Below, piece after piece: positions 16,077 to 22,996 of a stretch of DNA of 24,000 nt. The stretch lies in contig OZ255630.1 in the NCBI GenBank assembly GCA_965276825.1, positions 2,812,411 to 2,836,410 on the forward strand, read 5' to 3'. A program made the translations under genes and the position numbers. The notes under the pieces are model-generated. The model saw only the letters and a list, made by a program, of their open reading frames with translations. It had not been told where the DNA came from and ran no database searches. Source of the stretch: Acidimicrobiales bacterium (GTDB lineage: Bacteria > Actinomycetota > Acidimicrobiia > Acidimicrobiales > Palsa-688). The stretch's first letter is position 1, and each line of letters opens with the position of its first letter.

Positions 16077-16090
16077 CTACGCTTGGCGGC

Positions 16091-16549
16091 GTGAGCGTCG
16101 TGTACGAGTGGCGTGGGGGGTTGGGCAACCTGGAGCTCGAGGCGCTGCACGCCGAGGGGTTCGGGCACGGGCTCTCCGATTTCGACTGGACGGCCAGGCT
16201 GGAGCGGCACAGCCTGGGATGGGTGTGCGCCCGGCGGGATGGCACGCTGATCGGGTTCGTCAACGTCGTGTGGGACGGTGGGAGCCACGCCTTCATCTTG
16301 GACACCCTGGTCGCCGCCGGCGACCGGCACTGCGGGGTGGGCACCGGCGTGGTGTCAGTTGCTGTGCGGGAGGCGGCTGCGGCGGGATGTGAGTGGCTGC
16401 ACGTGGACTTCGAGGAGCATCTCCGGGCGTTCTACCTCGAGTCCTGCCGGTTCACGCCGACTGAGGCCGGGCTGATCCGCCTGGATCGCGCCGGCGCGGA
16501 TCACGCGGGCCGCGGCGGGACCAGCGCGGCCGTGGGCCTCGGCGACTGA
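16091..16549 (+). CDS. GNAT-family N-acetyltransferase
   Basis: 152 aa, GTG start. GWVCARRDGTLIGFVNVVWDGGSHAFILDTLVAAGDRHCGVGTGVVSVAVREAAAAGCEWLHVDFEEHLRAFYLE matches the GNAT beta4-alpha3 acetyl-CoA-binding core. Confidence 0.75.
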   Translation: MSVVYEWRGGLGNLELEALHAEGFGHGLSDFDWTARLERHSLGWVCARRDGTLIGFVNVVWDGGSHAFILDTLVAAGDRHCGVGTGVVSVAVREAAAAGCEWLHVDFEEHLRAFYLESCRFTPTEAGLIRLDRAGADHAGRGGTSAAVGLGD

Positions 16550-16563
16550 AGTCGGAGGTGGGC

Positions 16564-16986
16564 ATGGATGTGGGTGAGTTTCTAACCCGACCGCTGGTCG
16601 CTCGGGTGGCGGTGACCGGCCGGGCCGGGGAGCCGACGGTCCGGCCGGTGTGGTTCCTGTTCGAGGACGGCTGTCTGTGGTGGCTGACCGCCTCGTCGTA
16701 TTCGCAGGTCCCCGAGCTGCTCGCCGCCGATTCGCGGGTGTCGGTGGTGATCGATACCTGCGACCTGGCCATCGGCGAGGTGCTGGCCGTGACCGTCAAG
16801 GGGACCGCGGAGATCCGTCCCTTCGACGCCGCCCTGGCCGGCAGGAAGCTGACCAAGTACCTGGGCCCGGACCGTGAGCGGTGGCCGGCACGTTTCCGGG
16901 ATGCGTTCGATGATCCGACCTCGGTCCTGGTGTCGTTGCGCCCCCAGCGTCGCCCGGTCCTTCGAGCCAGCTCGATCAGCGAGTGA
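16564..16986 (+). CDS. Pyridoxamine 5'-phosphate oxidase (PPOX) family / split-barrel flavin-binding protein
   Basis: ATG 16564 lies 5 nt after GGAGG (16554-16558). FLTRPLVARVAVTGRAGEPTVRPVWFLFEDGCLWWLT...VVIDTCD...VLAVTVKGTAEI is typical of the PPOX-class split barrel. Confidence 0.75.
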   Translation: MDVGEFLTRPLVARVAVTGRAGEPTVRPVWFLFEDGCLWWLTASSYSQVPELLAADSRVSVVIDTCDLAIGEVLAVTVKGTAEIRPFDAALAGRKLTKYLGPDRERWPARFRDAFDDPTSVLVSLRPQRRPVLRASSISE

Positions 16987-16999
16987 CCGCGGCCGCCCA

Positions 17000-17340
17000 T
17001 GACCGTCAGCTGGTCGGCGTCGAGATGGGAGCGGCCACGTCTGCGAGTAGCAGTCTTCGGTGGCGGTTTTCCATCCCGTGGGAGTGGGCTCGAGGGAGGG
17101 GAGCAGTGTCGCGATGGGCGTGGCCGGCGCGACGACGCGGTGGCAGCCGGGTCGTAGTCCCCACCTGCGGTTGTCCAGGTGGACCAGGAGGTGTTGTCGG
17201 TCCAGGTGGCGTCCTCGTTCCACCAACTGGTTACCGGATGGGCATCGACCACGGGCAGTGAAGTCGTTGCCGTCGTCGGCGACGGTTGACCTGGAGCTCG
17301 GCGCGCATGACCGTCCCGAACGGGACGACCACGAGGGCAC
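17000..17340 (-). pseudogene. Possible frameshifted remnant of a secreted carbohydrate-binding/DNRLRE-like domain gene
   Basis: Three minus-strand frames each carry a coding-looking piece in succession: ALVVVPFGTVMRAELQVN / VADDGNDFTA / VVDAHPVTSWWNEDATWTDNTSWSTWTTAGGDYDPAATASS. They are joined only if two single-base shifts near 17255-17290 are skipped. No start codon or N-terminus. Confidence 0.25.
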
Positions 17341-17469
17341 ATAACTTCAGATCAGAGCAGCGTAGACGGCCTTCCCCCCGTGGCCCCCGCCGGCCGTGAA
17401 ACCTCGGGCCGACGTGGGACTCTCTCGGGCTCACTCGACCCGCTGGTCGCGGAACACCCCGGCCTCCCA

Positions 17470-17507
17470 GGCCGCCCCACGAACGACTCCCAGTCCGTAG
17501 GGCGGCC
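17470..17507. terminator. GC-rich imperfect hairpin immediately 3' of the NTF2-like gene
   Basis: GGCCGCCC (17470-17477) pairs with GGGCGGCC (17500-17507), with inner pairs ACG/CGT and GACT/AGTC. It lies 4 nt beyond the minus-strand stop at 17512-17514. No U-tract, as is common in high-GC actinobacteria. Confidence 0.4.
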
Positions 17508-17511
17508 GATG

Positions 17512-17979
17512 TCAGTCCTTCACCGCCGCCATCGACGCTGCGAGCAGCGCCTCGTTCTCCTGGTGGCTCAGGGTCAGCTTGACCGAGCTCAGCCGCCAGC
17601 CCTCGGGAGTTCGCACGGCGACGTCGTCGTAGAAGCCGACGACCAGCCAGCAGTTCGATCCGCCGGCCGCGACCTCGGGGGGAGCCCAGTGCTCGACGCG
17701 GATGTGGGCCCGGATGGTCGCACGATCACCGTCGATGGCGATCCGATGGTTCGTGATCGCATGGTGGGTCGCCGTCCAACCGGCGAACGCCTGCTTCGAT
17801 TGCTGACACCAGACGTCACGGCTGACCGTCGTGACCGGTGCGCCGAGTGAGCTGAAGTCGCTGATGAACTCGTCGCAGAACACCGACCGCGGCAACTCCT
17901 CCCAATTCTGGGTGTCCGGCATGTTGGCGTAGCGGCTCATGAGCTCCACGAGCTCGTCACGGTCATGTTGTTCGGTCAT
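17512..17979 (-). CDS. SnoaL-like / nuclear transport factor 2 (NTF2) family protein
   Basis: 155 aa. ATG preceded by AGGAGGGAGCG. DELVELMSRYANMPDTQNWEELPRSVFCDEFISDFSS...THHAITNHRIAIDGDRATIRAHIRVEHW fits the SnoaL_4/NTF2-like cone fold. Confidence 0.8.
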   Translation of the reverse strand: MTEQHDRDELVELMSRYANMPDTQNWEELPRSVFCDEFISDFSSLGAPVTTVSRDVWCQQSKQAFAGWTATHHAITNHRIAIDGDRATIRAHIRVEHWAPPEVAAGGSNCWLVVGFYDDVAVRTPEGWRLSSVKLTLSHQENEALLAASMAAVKD

Positions 17980-18121
17980 CGCTCCCTCCTGGTACTCGTA
18001 CTTGTACGGAAGGTTCTCACAGGGTCAGTGGACCTGTGGGGCGGTGCCGCAGGTGCCGTCCCACCCCTGGGGGCATCATCGAGTCGTCGGGAGATCGCTC
18101 TGAGGGAAAGGTCTGAGGGCG

Positions 18122-18650
18122 TTGTGCATCGTCGGTGCCAAAGAGAGACAGCCGCCAGGCGTGGAGAGCTTCGGTGCTGCTCAGGCCGAAAATGCCGGTG
18201 ACGATAGGACAGGGGTGCGGAGCCTCGTGCTGCGTCGTACTGATGGGTGCAGGTGTTGTGGTCGGGCTCTTCAGGCCGGTCAGCAAGCATGGTGGGATCC
18301 GTCGACTTCGACGGTGGTCTGCGACAGCTGTGGCCCGCTGCCGGCTGAGTGATCACGTGAGCTGGGCCGGGCGGCACGGTCGGCCGGACGGGAGGCGGTG
18401 CGTCGCCGAGCGCGCCATCAGGCCATCCAGGCTGGGCGTGTCGCGGCCGACGGTGCTCGCCGGGAGCGTGTCCTAGCCGAACGTCCGTTCGTCGGCCGGG
18501 TGCTCGACGCCATCGACGGGATCACCGTCGTTCATGATCGGCGTGATCCCTGGTCGCCGGTCGAACATCGACCACCTCGCAGTGTGCGCTGGCTGGGTGT
18601 GGGTGATCGATTCCAAGCGGTATGTCGGCCAGCGGGGCGGCCAACCGTCG
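18122..18650 (+). pseudogene. NERD (nuclease-related domain) gene, disrupted and 3'-truncated
   Basis: N-terminal zinc-ribbon-like CRCCGRALQAGQQAWWDPSTSTVVCDSCGP, then an in-frame TGA at 18350-18352. The same frame continues GREAVRRRARHQ...GARRERVLAERPFVGRVLDAIDGITVVHDRR. The core motif IPGRRSNIDHLAVCAGWVWVIDSKRYVGQ is in the +1 frame (extra G near 18547). Similarity is lost after ~18640. Confidence 0.55.
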
Positions 18651-18843
18651 GGGCCTGGATGCAGGAAGCCGGTGGCTGGACATCCGCCAGATCTACGACG
18701 ACCTCGGCGTGTCATCGTCCACGGCCTACAAGTGGTCGGCTCGGGGATCGCCCTGGTTTCCCCGGTCCATCCGGCTGCACAACGGCGACATCCGGGTCCG
18801 GCGGGACTGGCACGAGACGTCGCTGGACGCGCTGGAGGTCTGA
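18622..18843 (+). CDS. Excisionase/AlpA-like helix-turn-helix DNA-binding protein
   Basis: 73 aa, ATG 18622. WLDIRQIYDDLGVSSSTAYKWSARGSPWFPRSIRLHNGDIRVRRDWHETSLDAL matches the winged-HTH pattern of small Xis-type proteins of actinobacterial integrative elements (Lt..e.a..LgVs..T.Y.W...G.gP....l..g.irvrr.d.d.Wl). Confidence 0.55.
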   Translation: MSASGAANRRGLDAGSRWLDIRQIYDDLGVSSSTAYKWSARGSPWFPRSIRLHNGDIRVRRDWHETSLDALEV

Positions 18844-18888
18844 GGGATCCGTCGGTTTGGCTGACCCGGCCTGCGATCTTTGTGCTTG

Positions 18889-18905
18889 GCCGCCTTGCTG
18901 GCGGC
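18889..18905. terminator. Short GC hairpin between convergent genes
   Basis: GCCGCC-ttgct-GGCGGC, located between the stop of the HTH gene (18843) and the stop of hicB (18927). Confidence 0.25.
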
Positions 18906-18926
18906 AACCCGGCGGCGCAGGACCGA

Positions 18927-19313
18927 TCAGCTGGCGAGAAGCTGCTGGACCCTCTGGTGGGAGATTCCCAGCAACTCCGCCGCGTCCCGACGGGACAGGC
19001 CCATCTCGGTGAGCTCCCTCACGGCCTCAGCGGTCGCCTCCTTGGCCGCCGTGCCGGCCCGCTCGGCCTGGGCCCGGGAGCGGGCGACGCGGGCCGCCGT
19101 CGCCTGCAGCTCCGCAGGCAGTTGGTCGACGATGGCCAACACGTCCGGCTCGGAGTCCAGCCACGCGGCCAGCGCCTCGCGGATGCGCTCGGCGGCCTGA
19201 TGCAGGCTGCGGCCATAGGTCTGGCAGCCCGGATTCCCTTTGATTCGAACTAGCCAGGCGTCACTCTCGGGGTCACGCTCGTACACCGCGACGTATCTCT
19301 TGGCTCGACTCAT
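18927..19313 (-). CDS. hicB: HicB-family antitoxin with C-terminal HTH
   Basis: 128 aa from ATG 19313. RYVAVYERDPESDAWLVRIKGNPGCQTYGRSLHQAAERIREALAAWL is the HicB RNase-H-like fold signature. C-terminal LSRRDAAELLGISHQRVQQL is an HTH. The start overlaps the hicA stop (ATGA). Confidence 0.8.
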   Translation of the reverse strand: MSRAKRYVAVYERDPESDAWLVRIKGNPGCQTYGRSLHQAAERIREALAAWLDSEPDVLAIVDQLPAELQATAARVARSRAQAERAGTAAKEATAEAVRELTEMGLSRRDAAELLGISHQRVQQLLAS

Positions 19314-19513
19314 CTCCGCCACCCATCTCCGAGGCCTGGTGCGAGCGACCGCTCGATCGATCGCAGGGTTCCGATGGCAACGTCCTGGCTGCGGTGGTTC
19401 GGGATGACGCTCTGGCAAGCGCCGGGGCGGCGCACCACCACGTGGGAACCGCGTCGGCGGATCCTCTCGCAGCCCGTTCGCTCGACGGCTCGACGTACCT
19501 CTCGCCCGGTCAT
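19310..19513 (-). CDS. hicA: HicA-family mRNA interferase toxin
   Basis: MTGREVRRAVERTGCERIRRRGSHVVVRRPGACQSVIPNHRSQDVAIGTLRSIERSL carries the HicA GSH and xPxH...GTL motifs. The start was chosen by homology (ATG 19513). In-frame alternatives are at 19525, 19540 and 19570. Confidence 0.75.
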   Translation of the reverse strand: MTGREVRRAVERTGCERIRRRGSHVVVRRPGACQSVIPNHRSQDVAIGTLRSIERSLAPGLGDGWRR

Positions 19514-19761
19514 CGCGTCTAACATCGTAGACGACCGCATGGTCGGAGGCCGGCTCGCCCGCTCGGCCAAACTCTAGGTTGAATCGGGGCGACGATCGCC
19601 GGCTCGGGTCGCTCTCGGGAGGGCCGACACCAGCAGCCACATTGCCGGCCAGGCGCTCAGCAAGGCGTCCTCGCTACCGGCCAGGCCCCCCTTGAGCAGG
19701 GATTACGTGCTCGTCGGGCCTCGGTCGCCCCGCTGACGCCCACCGACTACAGTTGAAGAAG

Positions 19762-19838
19762 GGAGAGGTGCGAGAGCGGCCGAATCGGACTCACTGCTAA
19801 GGGTCTGATGGTGCCTACTGCCGCATCACCTCTGACCA
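19762..19838 (+). pseudogene. tRNA-Ser(GCU)-like pseudo-tRNA (authentic-looking 5' half, aberrant 3' half)
   Basis: GGAGAGG-TG-CGA-GAGCGGCCGAA-TCG reproduces a class II tRNA acceptor strand and D-arm. The loop CTGCTAA gives anticodon GCT. However, the anticodon stem only forms (GACTC/GGGTC) with an 8-nt loop and no GTTCRANNC T-arm exists. The 3' strand CACCTCTG pairs only partly and is followed by ACCA. Confidence 0.3.
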
Positions 19839-20609
19839 GGGGCGTTGTCGATAGTGGCTGTTCAGGCGGCCGATTGGCCGCTCGGCGTCCATCCGGTGGC
19901 TGTCACTGTTTGCCATCAACCGCAGCGAGGAAGTGAAACTGGGATGAAAGCAGGCGGGCGTCCCAACGACGGTCCTCCGTCAGCAGGGCGTCGTAGGCGA
20001 GGGGCTGGTTAGGGCCCGCAGCGGCTTCGTGATCACGGGGCGGGGGACGCCCGTCACGCCGTGACCTGCGGCATGCCAGTGACGTCAGCCTTCTCGGCGG
20101 TGCTCGCGCCTCTCCGGCGGCCTTCGGATGGGAGCGGCGGGATCCCCTGCTCGGCTGGGACGGCCCTCCGGCGGGTCTCGTGCTTGATCCTTCGCTGTCA
20201 CAGCGGTCTGCGTACCATGGTGTCATGGTGCGAGCTGCGGGTCCGCTCGAGGCGACGTCAATGATCGTCGGGTCCGCCGACGACTCCGAAATGCAGGAGG
20301 CTGTCGCCGCCACCCTCGCCGCTGCAGGGGTCACCGCCGAGGAGCTCCGCCAACAGGCTGTCCAGAGCCGCTTTCGTATCCGAGCGTGCACGCACGGCGT
20401 GGTTCGTTCCGCCGGCGCAGCGGGTCGACGGAATCGCTCCAGATCTTTGCAACCCGGCACGGCCAAGGGGCGCACCCGGTAGTCTACGCTAAGTCGAACT
20501 TATGTTCGACCTCACCAGCCGGCCTGCTGGGGCCCGACTGGGGCGATAAATGAGCGCAGGGATCTCAAGATGCTTCACCCGATGACCGATCTACCGACAG
20601 GAGACGACC

Positions 20610-20846
20610 GTGTCCGAATTTTCTCTCGACCACCTCTTTGACCCCACGGCGGATAGCCCGGCGTCGGGTCCGCATGGTGTCGCCGAGACAGTCACCCAGG
20701 CGAATGAAGCTATCTTGCGTACTCAGCGGCGCATCATCGAGAACGAGGATGGCAGAGGACCGTTGTTGACGCGATCGGAGGCCGAGCACATGTTCGCCGA
20801 TCTGCGCAAAGAGCTGCTCGCTGTGATTGAACACAAAGACCGCTGA
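20610..20846 (+). CDS. Hypothetical small protein (78 aa)
   Basis: GTG 20610 lies 6 nt after AGGAGA. The sequence is acidic and helical-looking (…AILRTQRRIIENEDGRGPLLTRSEAEHMFADLRKELLAVIEHKDR). No competing ORF is convincing here and no family was recognised. Confidence 0.4.
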   Translation: MSEFSLDHLFDPTADSPASGPHGVAETVTQANEAILRTQRRIIENEDGRGPLLTRSEAEHMFADLRKELLAVIEHKDR

Positions 20847-21814
20847 ACATACGGCCAAGTTACGCCGATCAACCGCCGCCGTGCGGCGTGGCCAATTCCG
20901 CTCATGGCATCTCGCTCCTTTATGGACTGATCGAGAAGCACCCGCCAACGGTGTCGTCGTGGTTGAAAAGAGACGTACCGCTGGCGGCTCGACAGCCATC
21001 GGCTGGGCGCGTGGCGGTGGCCGACGAGGCCGGGCGACTCGGGTAGACCGGCTGCTCGAGGCGGGCGACGCCGAGGGCTGGGTCGCCGACGACGCCGGTA
21101 GCCAAGTGTGGATCGCTCGACGGTCAAGTTGGCCTTGGGGGTGGCGAGGAACCGGTGGTCGGGGCCGTTGGGTCGCAGATGAGACCGCTGGCTCGCACAG
21201 CGCCGACGATCCCGAAGGATCCGCCGCGCTGGCCGTCGGCAAGCTTGCTCTGGTGGTGCCGGGCCACTCGACGCATGCTCACCCTCAGCCTCTACGGCTA
21301 CGTCCCCGGCCAAGATGTCGCCGAGCCGTCGACCCCCGCTGACTGTCCCGCCGCTTCTGGCATAGAGTCTCCGCGACCATACGCTCTTTGCGGTCGGACT
21401 AGGACTAAGAGAACCTCCGACCTCAGCCTTATCAGGTCTGTGCAGGCAACCCGGCTGACCTGCCCAAGCGCACGAAACCGCAGGTCAGGCGCCATGTGAG
21501 CCTGACCAAAGCTGCCCTCTGATGACCCTTCCTGGCCAACGCTCATGGTGCATCCGTGGTGGAGAGCAGCTCCGGGAACCGACCTGGACTCCGGTCGACT
21601 CGCCGCTCCTACCCAGAAGTCGCCCCCCCTCCTAACCAGCCGCCTTCCGCCCGAGCCAGACGCACCGGGCAACGCGCAGCGGGAGCGACGCTGAGAACGT
21701 GGGTCTCCGAGCCCGATGTAGAGGCCCGAGCCGGGGCGTCACAGGAGGCATTTCTCCAGGGCAGTGCGGATTTAGCTCAGAGGCAGTCATCTCATGGCGC
21801 TCACACATCTCTTA

Positions 21815-21839
21815 GAGGCTGTCGCGAATTTTTACCCTG
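21815..21839. repeat. IS terminal inverted repeat (transposase-distal end)
   Basis: gaggctgtcgcgaatttttaccctg. It contains the transposase stop codon (TAA, complement of 21832-21834). Confidence 0.8.
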
Positions 21840-22632
21840 CGCGAGTTGGGGGTGGGGGTGTGGTGAGTCGGCGGAGGAGTAGCCGGCTGTGGGCGGCCCA
21901 TACGAATCCTTCGGTGACGGCAGGGTCGCGTTCATAGTCGACTTGTAGCCGCCGGTTGTTCATCAGCCACGACCAGGTTCGTTCCACGATCCACCTTTTC
22001 GGGAGCACCTCGAAGCGCCCGGGATGGATCTTGTTCACGACCTCGGCAGAGACGTGCCGGGCGGCGAGCTGGGCCTTGAAGGTCTTTTTGAACCCGCCGT
22101 CGCAGAACACTTTCGACCATCGGGTCGACTTGGGCCAGGCGTCGAGGAAACAACCGGTGCCGCCGACGTTGTCACTGGCGCTCGCCGCGAGGATGACCAC
22201 CCCGACGAGGAGACCGAGGGTGTCGACGATCCCGAAGCACTTCCGCCCCGAGATCTTCTTCCCGGCGTCATAGCCCCTGGTCGGGGCGGTGACGGTGGAC
22301 GCACCCCGCACGCTGCGGGCATCGACGATCCCCGCTGAGGGTTCGGGATCGTGGCCTTCGCGCTGGCGGACCAGGGCCCGCAGACGGTCGGCGATCTCCT
22401 CCCAGGTGCCGTCGCGTGACCAGCGGAGGTGGTAGCGGTGCACGGTGTTCCAGTTCGGGTAGCAGGCGGGCAGAGCCCGCCACTGGCAGCCGGTCGCGGC
22501 CACATAGAAGATGGCGTCAACGATGGCCCGCCGGTCGTGTTGGAGGGGCCGGCCGATCTTGCCCTTTCCGGTGAACACCGGCACCAGGTCAGCGATCAGT
22601 TCCCACTCGGCGTCGGTCATATCACCGTGCAC
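21832..22632 (-). CDS. IS5-family DDE transposase
   Basis: 266 aa. MTDAEWELIADLVP...GRPLQHDRRAIVDAIFYVAATGCQWRALPACYPNWNTVHRYHLRWSRDGTWEEI is the canonical IS5/IS427-type N-terminus. DARSVRG, GKKISGRKCFGIVDTLG and IVERTWSWLMNNRRL carry the DDE region. The start is GTG 22632 or ATG 22620. Confidence 0.9.
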   Translation of the reverse strand: MHGDMTDAEWELIADLVPVFTGKGKIGRPLQHDRRAIVDAIFYVAATGCQWRALPACYPNWNTVHRYHLRWSRDGTWEEIADRLRALVRQREGHDPEPSAGIVDARSVRGASTVTAPTRGYDAGKKISGRKCFGIVDTLGLLVGVVILAASASDNVGGTGCFLDAWPKSTRWSKVFCDGGFKKTFKAQLAARHVSAEVVNKIHPGRFEVLPKRWIVERTWSWLMNNRRLQVDYERDPAVTEGFVWAAHSRLLLRRLTTPPPPTRAG

Positions 22633-22726
22633 CGTCCGCCACGTGGTGCCATATCCATCCGGAAGATTCTCGATAGCTATATCCTATTCGATCCCGCTAC
22701 CCGCCATGGCCGAAACAGCCATCTAC

Positions 22727-22751
22727 CAGCGAAAAATTAGCGAACAGCCTC
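22727..22751. repeat. IS terminal inverted repeat (transposase-proximal end)
   Basis: cagcgaaaaattagcgaacagcctc, the reverse complement of the other end with one indel and two mismatches. Confidence 0.8.
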
Positions 22752-22777
22752 TTAGATCTCGTCGACCTCTGCTGGCG

Positions 22778-22917
22778 TCACAAGCACTGAGCGTCTCGTA
22801 GCCGTGCTCTGGCGCCGCCGGCGGTGAACTGCGGGTCGAGGGCTCGCTTGTTCGAGTAGGCCCGGACGGCGGCGAGGACCTCGCCGAGGACGAGGTCCTC
22901 GTCCCCGGCCCGATACC
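22778..22917 (-). pseudogene. Short orphan coding remnant (C-terminal ~46 codons of an unidentified gene)
   Basis: The minus-strand frame reads GYRAGDEDLVLGEVLAAVRAYSNKRALDPQFTAGGARARLRDAQCL then TGA, with high GC3. It is preceded by an in-frame TGA and has no start codon. It sits between the IS end and the PAS-AraC gene. Confidence 0.2.
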
Positions 22918-22996
22918 CTTGGCCGCCTCAGCGCCGATCATTGTCAACAACCACCCACTCACCCACCAATACCTTACCCGAGGATCCAAGCGATTC

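Larger units (their letters stand above)
21815..22751 (-). mobile_element. Intact IS5-family insertion sequence (937 bp) with terminal inverted repeats and TTA target-site duplication
   Basis: The imperfect IRs GAGGCTGT-CGCGAATTTTTACCCTG (21815-21839) and the reverse complement of 22727-22751, GAGGCTGTTCGCTAATTTTT-CGCTG, match at about 22 of 26 positions. TTA lies directly outside both ends (21812-21814 and 22752-22754). A single transposase ORF lies inside. Confidence 0.85.

Noticed and set aside
15685-16344. 219-aa minus-strand ORF overlapping both the GH remnant and the GNAT gene
   Set aside because: It is in a different frame from the recognisable GH-tail sequence and antisense to the GNAT gene, and its composition is junk-like.
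19221-19260. gattcgaac (reverse complement GTTCGAATC), looking like a tRNA T-loop that might be the missing 3' half of the tRNA-Ser-like element
   Set aside because: No flanking 5-bp T-stem or acceptor strand. It lies inside the well-supported hicB coding sequence (…IKGNPG…).
19903-20475. 190-aa minus-strand ORF
   Set aside because: Most of it is Arg/Ser/Pro/Ala junk. Only the last ~35 codons (…PLAYDALLTEDRRWDARLLSSQFHFLAAVDGKQ) look coding-like, and I cannot tie them to a family or to an upstream frame. This is insufficient for a call.
20180-20482. 100-aa plus-strand ORF with a segment (MQEAVAATLAAAGVTAEELRQQAV) vaguely reminiscent of small antitoxins
   Set aside because: There is no recognisable fold motif, no partner toxin gene, no RBS, and a basic low-complexity tail. 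The resemblance is too weak.
20565-21672. Mutually overlapping ORFs 20565..21242(-), 20723..21313(-), 20827..21342(+), 21155..21499(+), 21298..21672(-)
   Set aside because: None has a convincing composition, start context or motif, and they exclude each other. The region is treated as non-coding or decayed.
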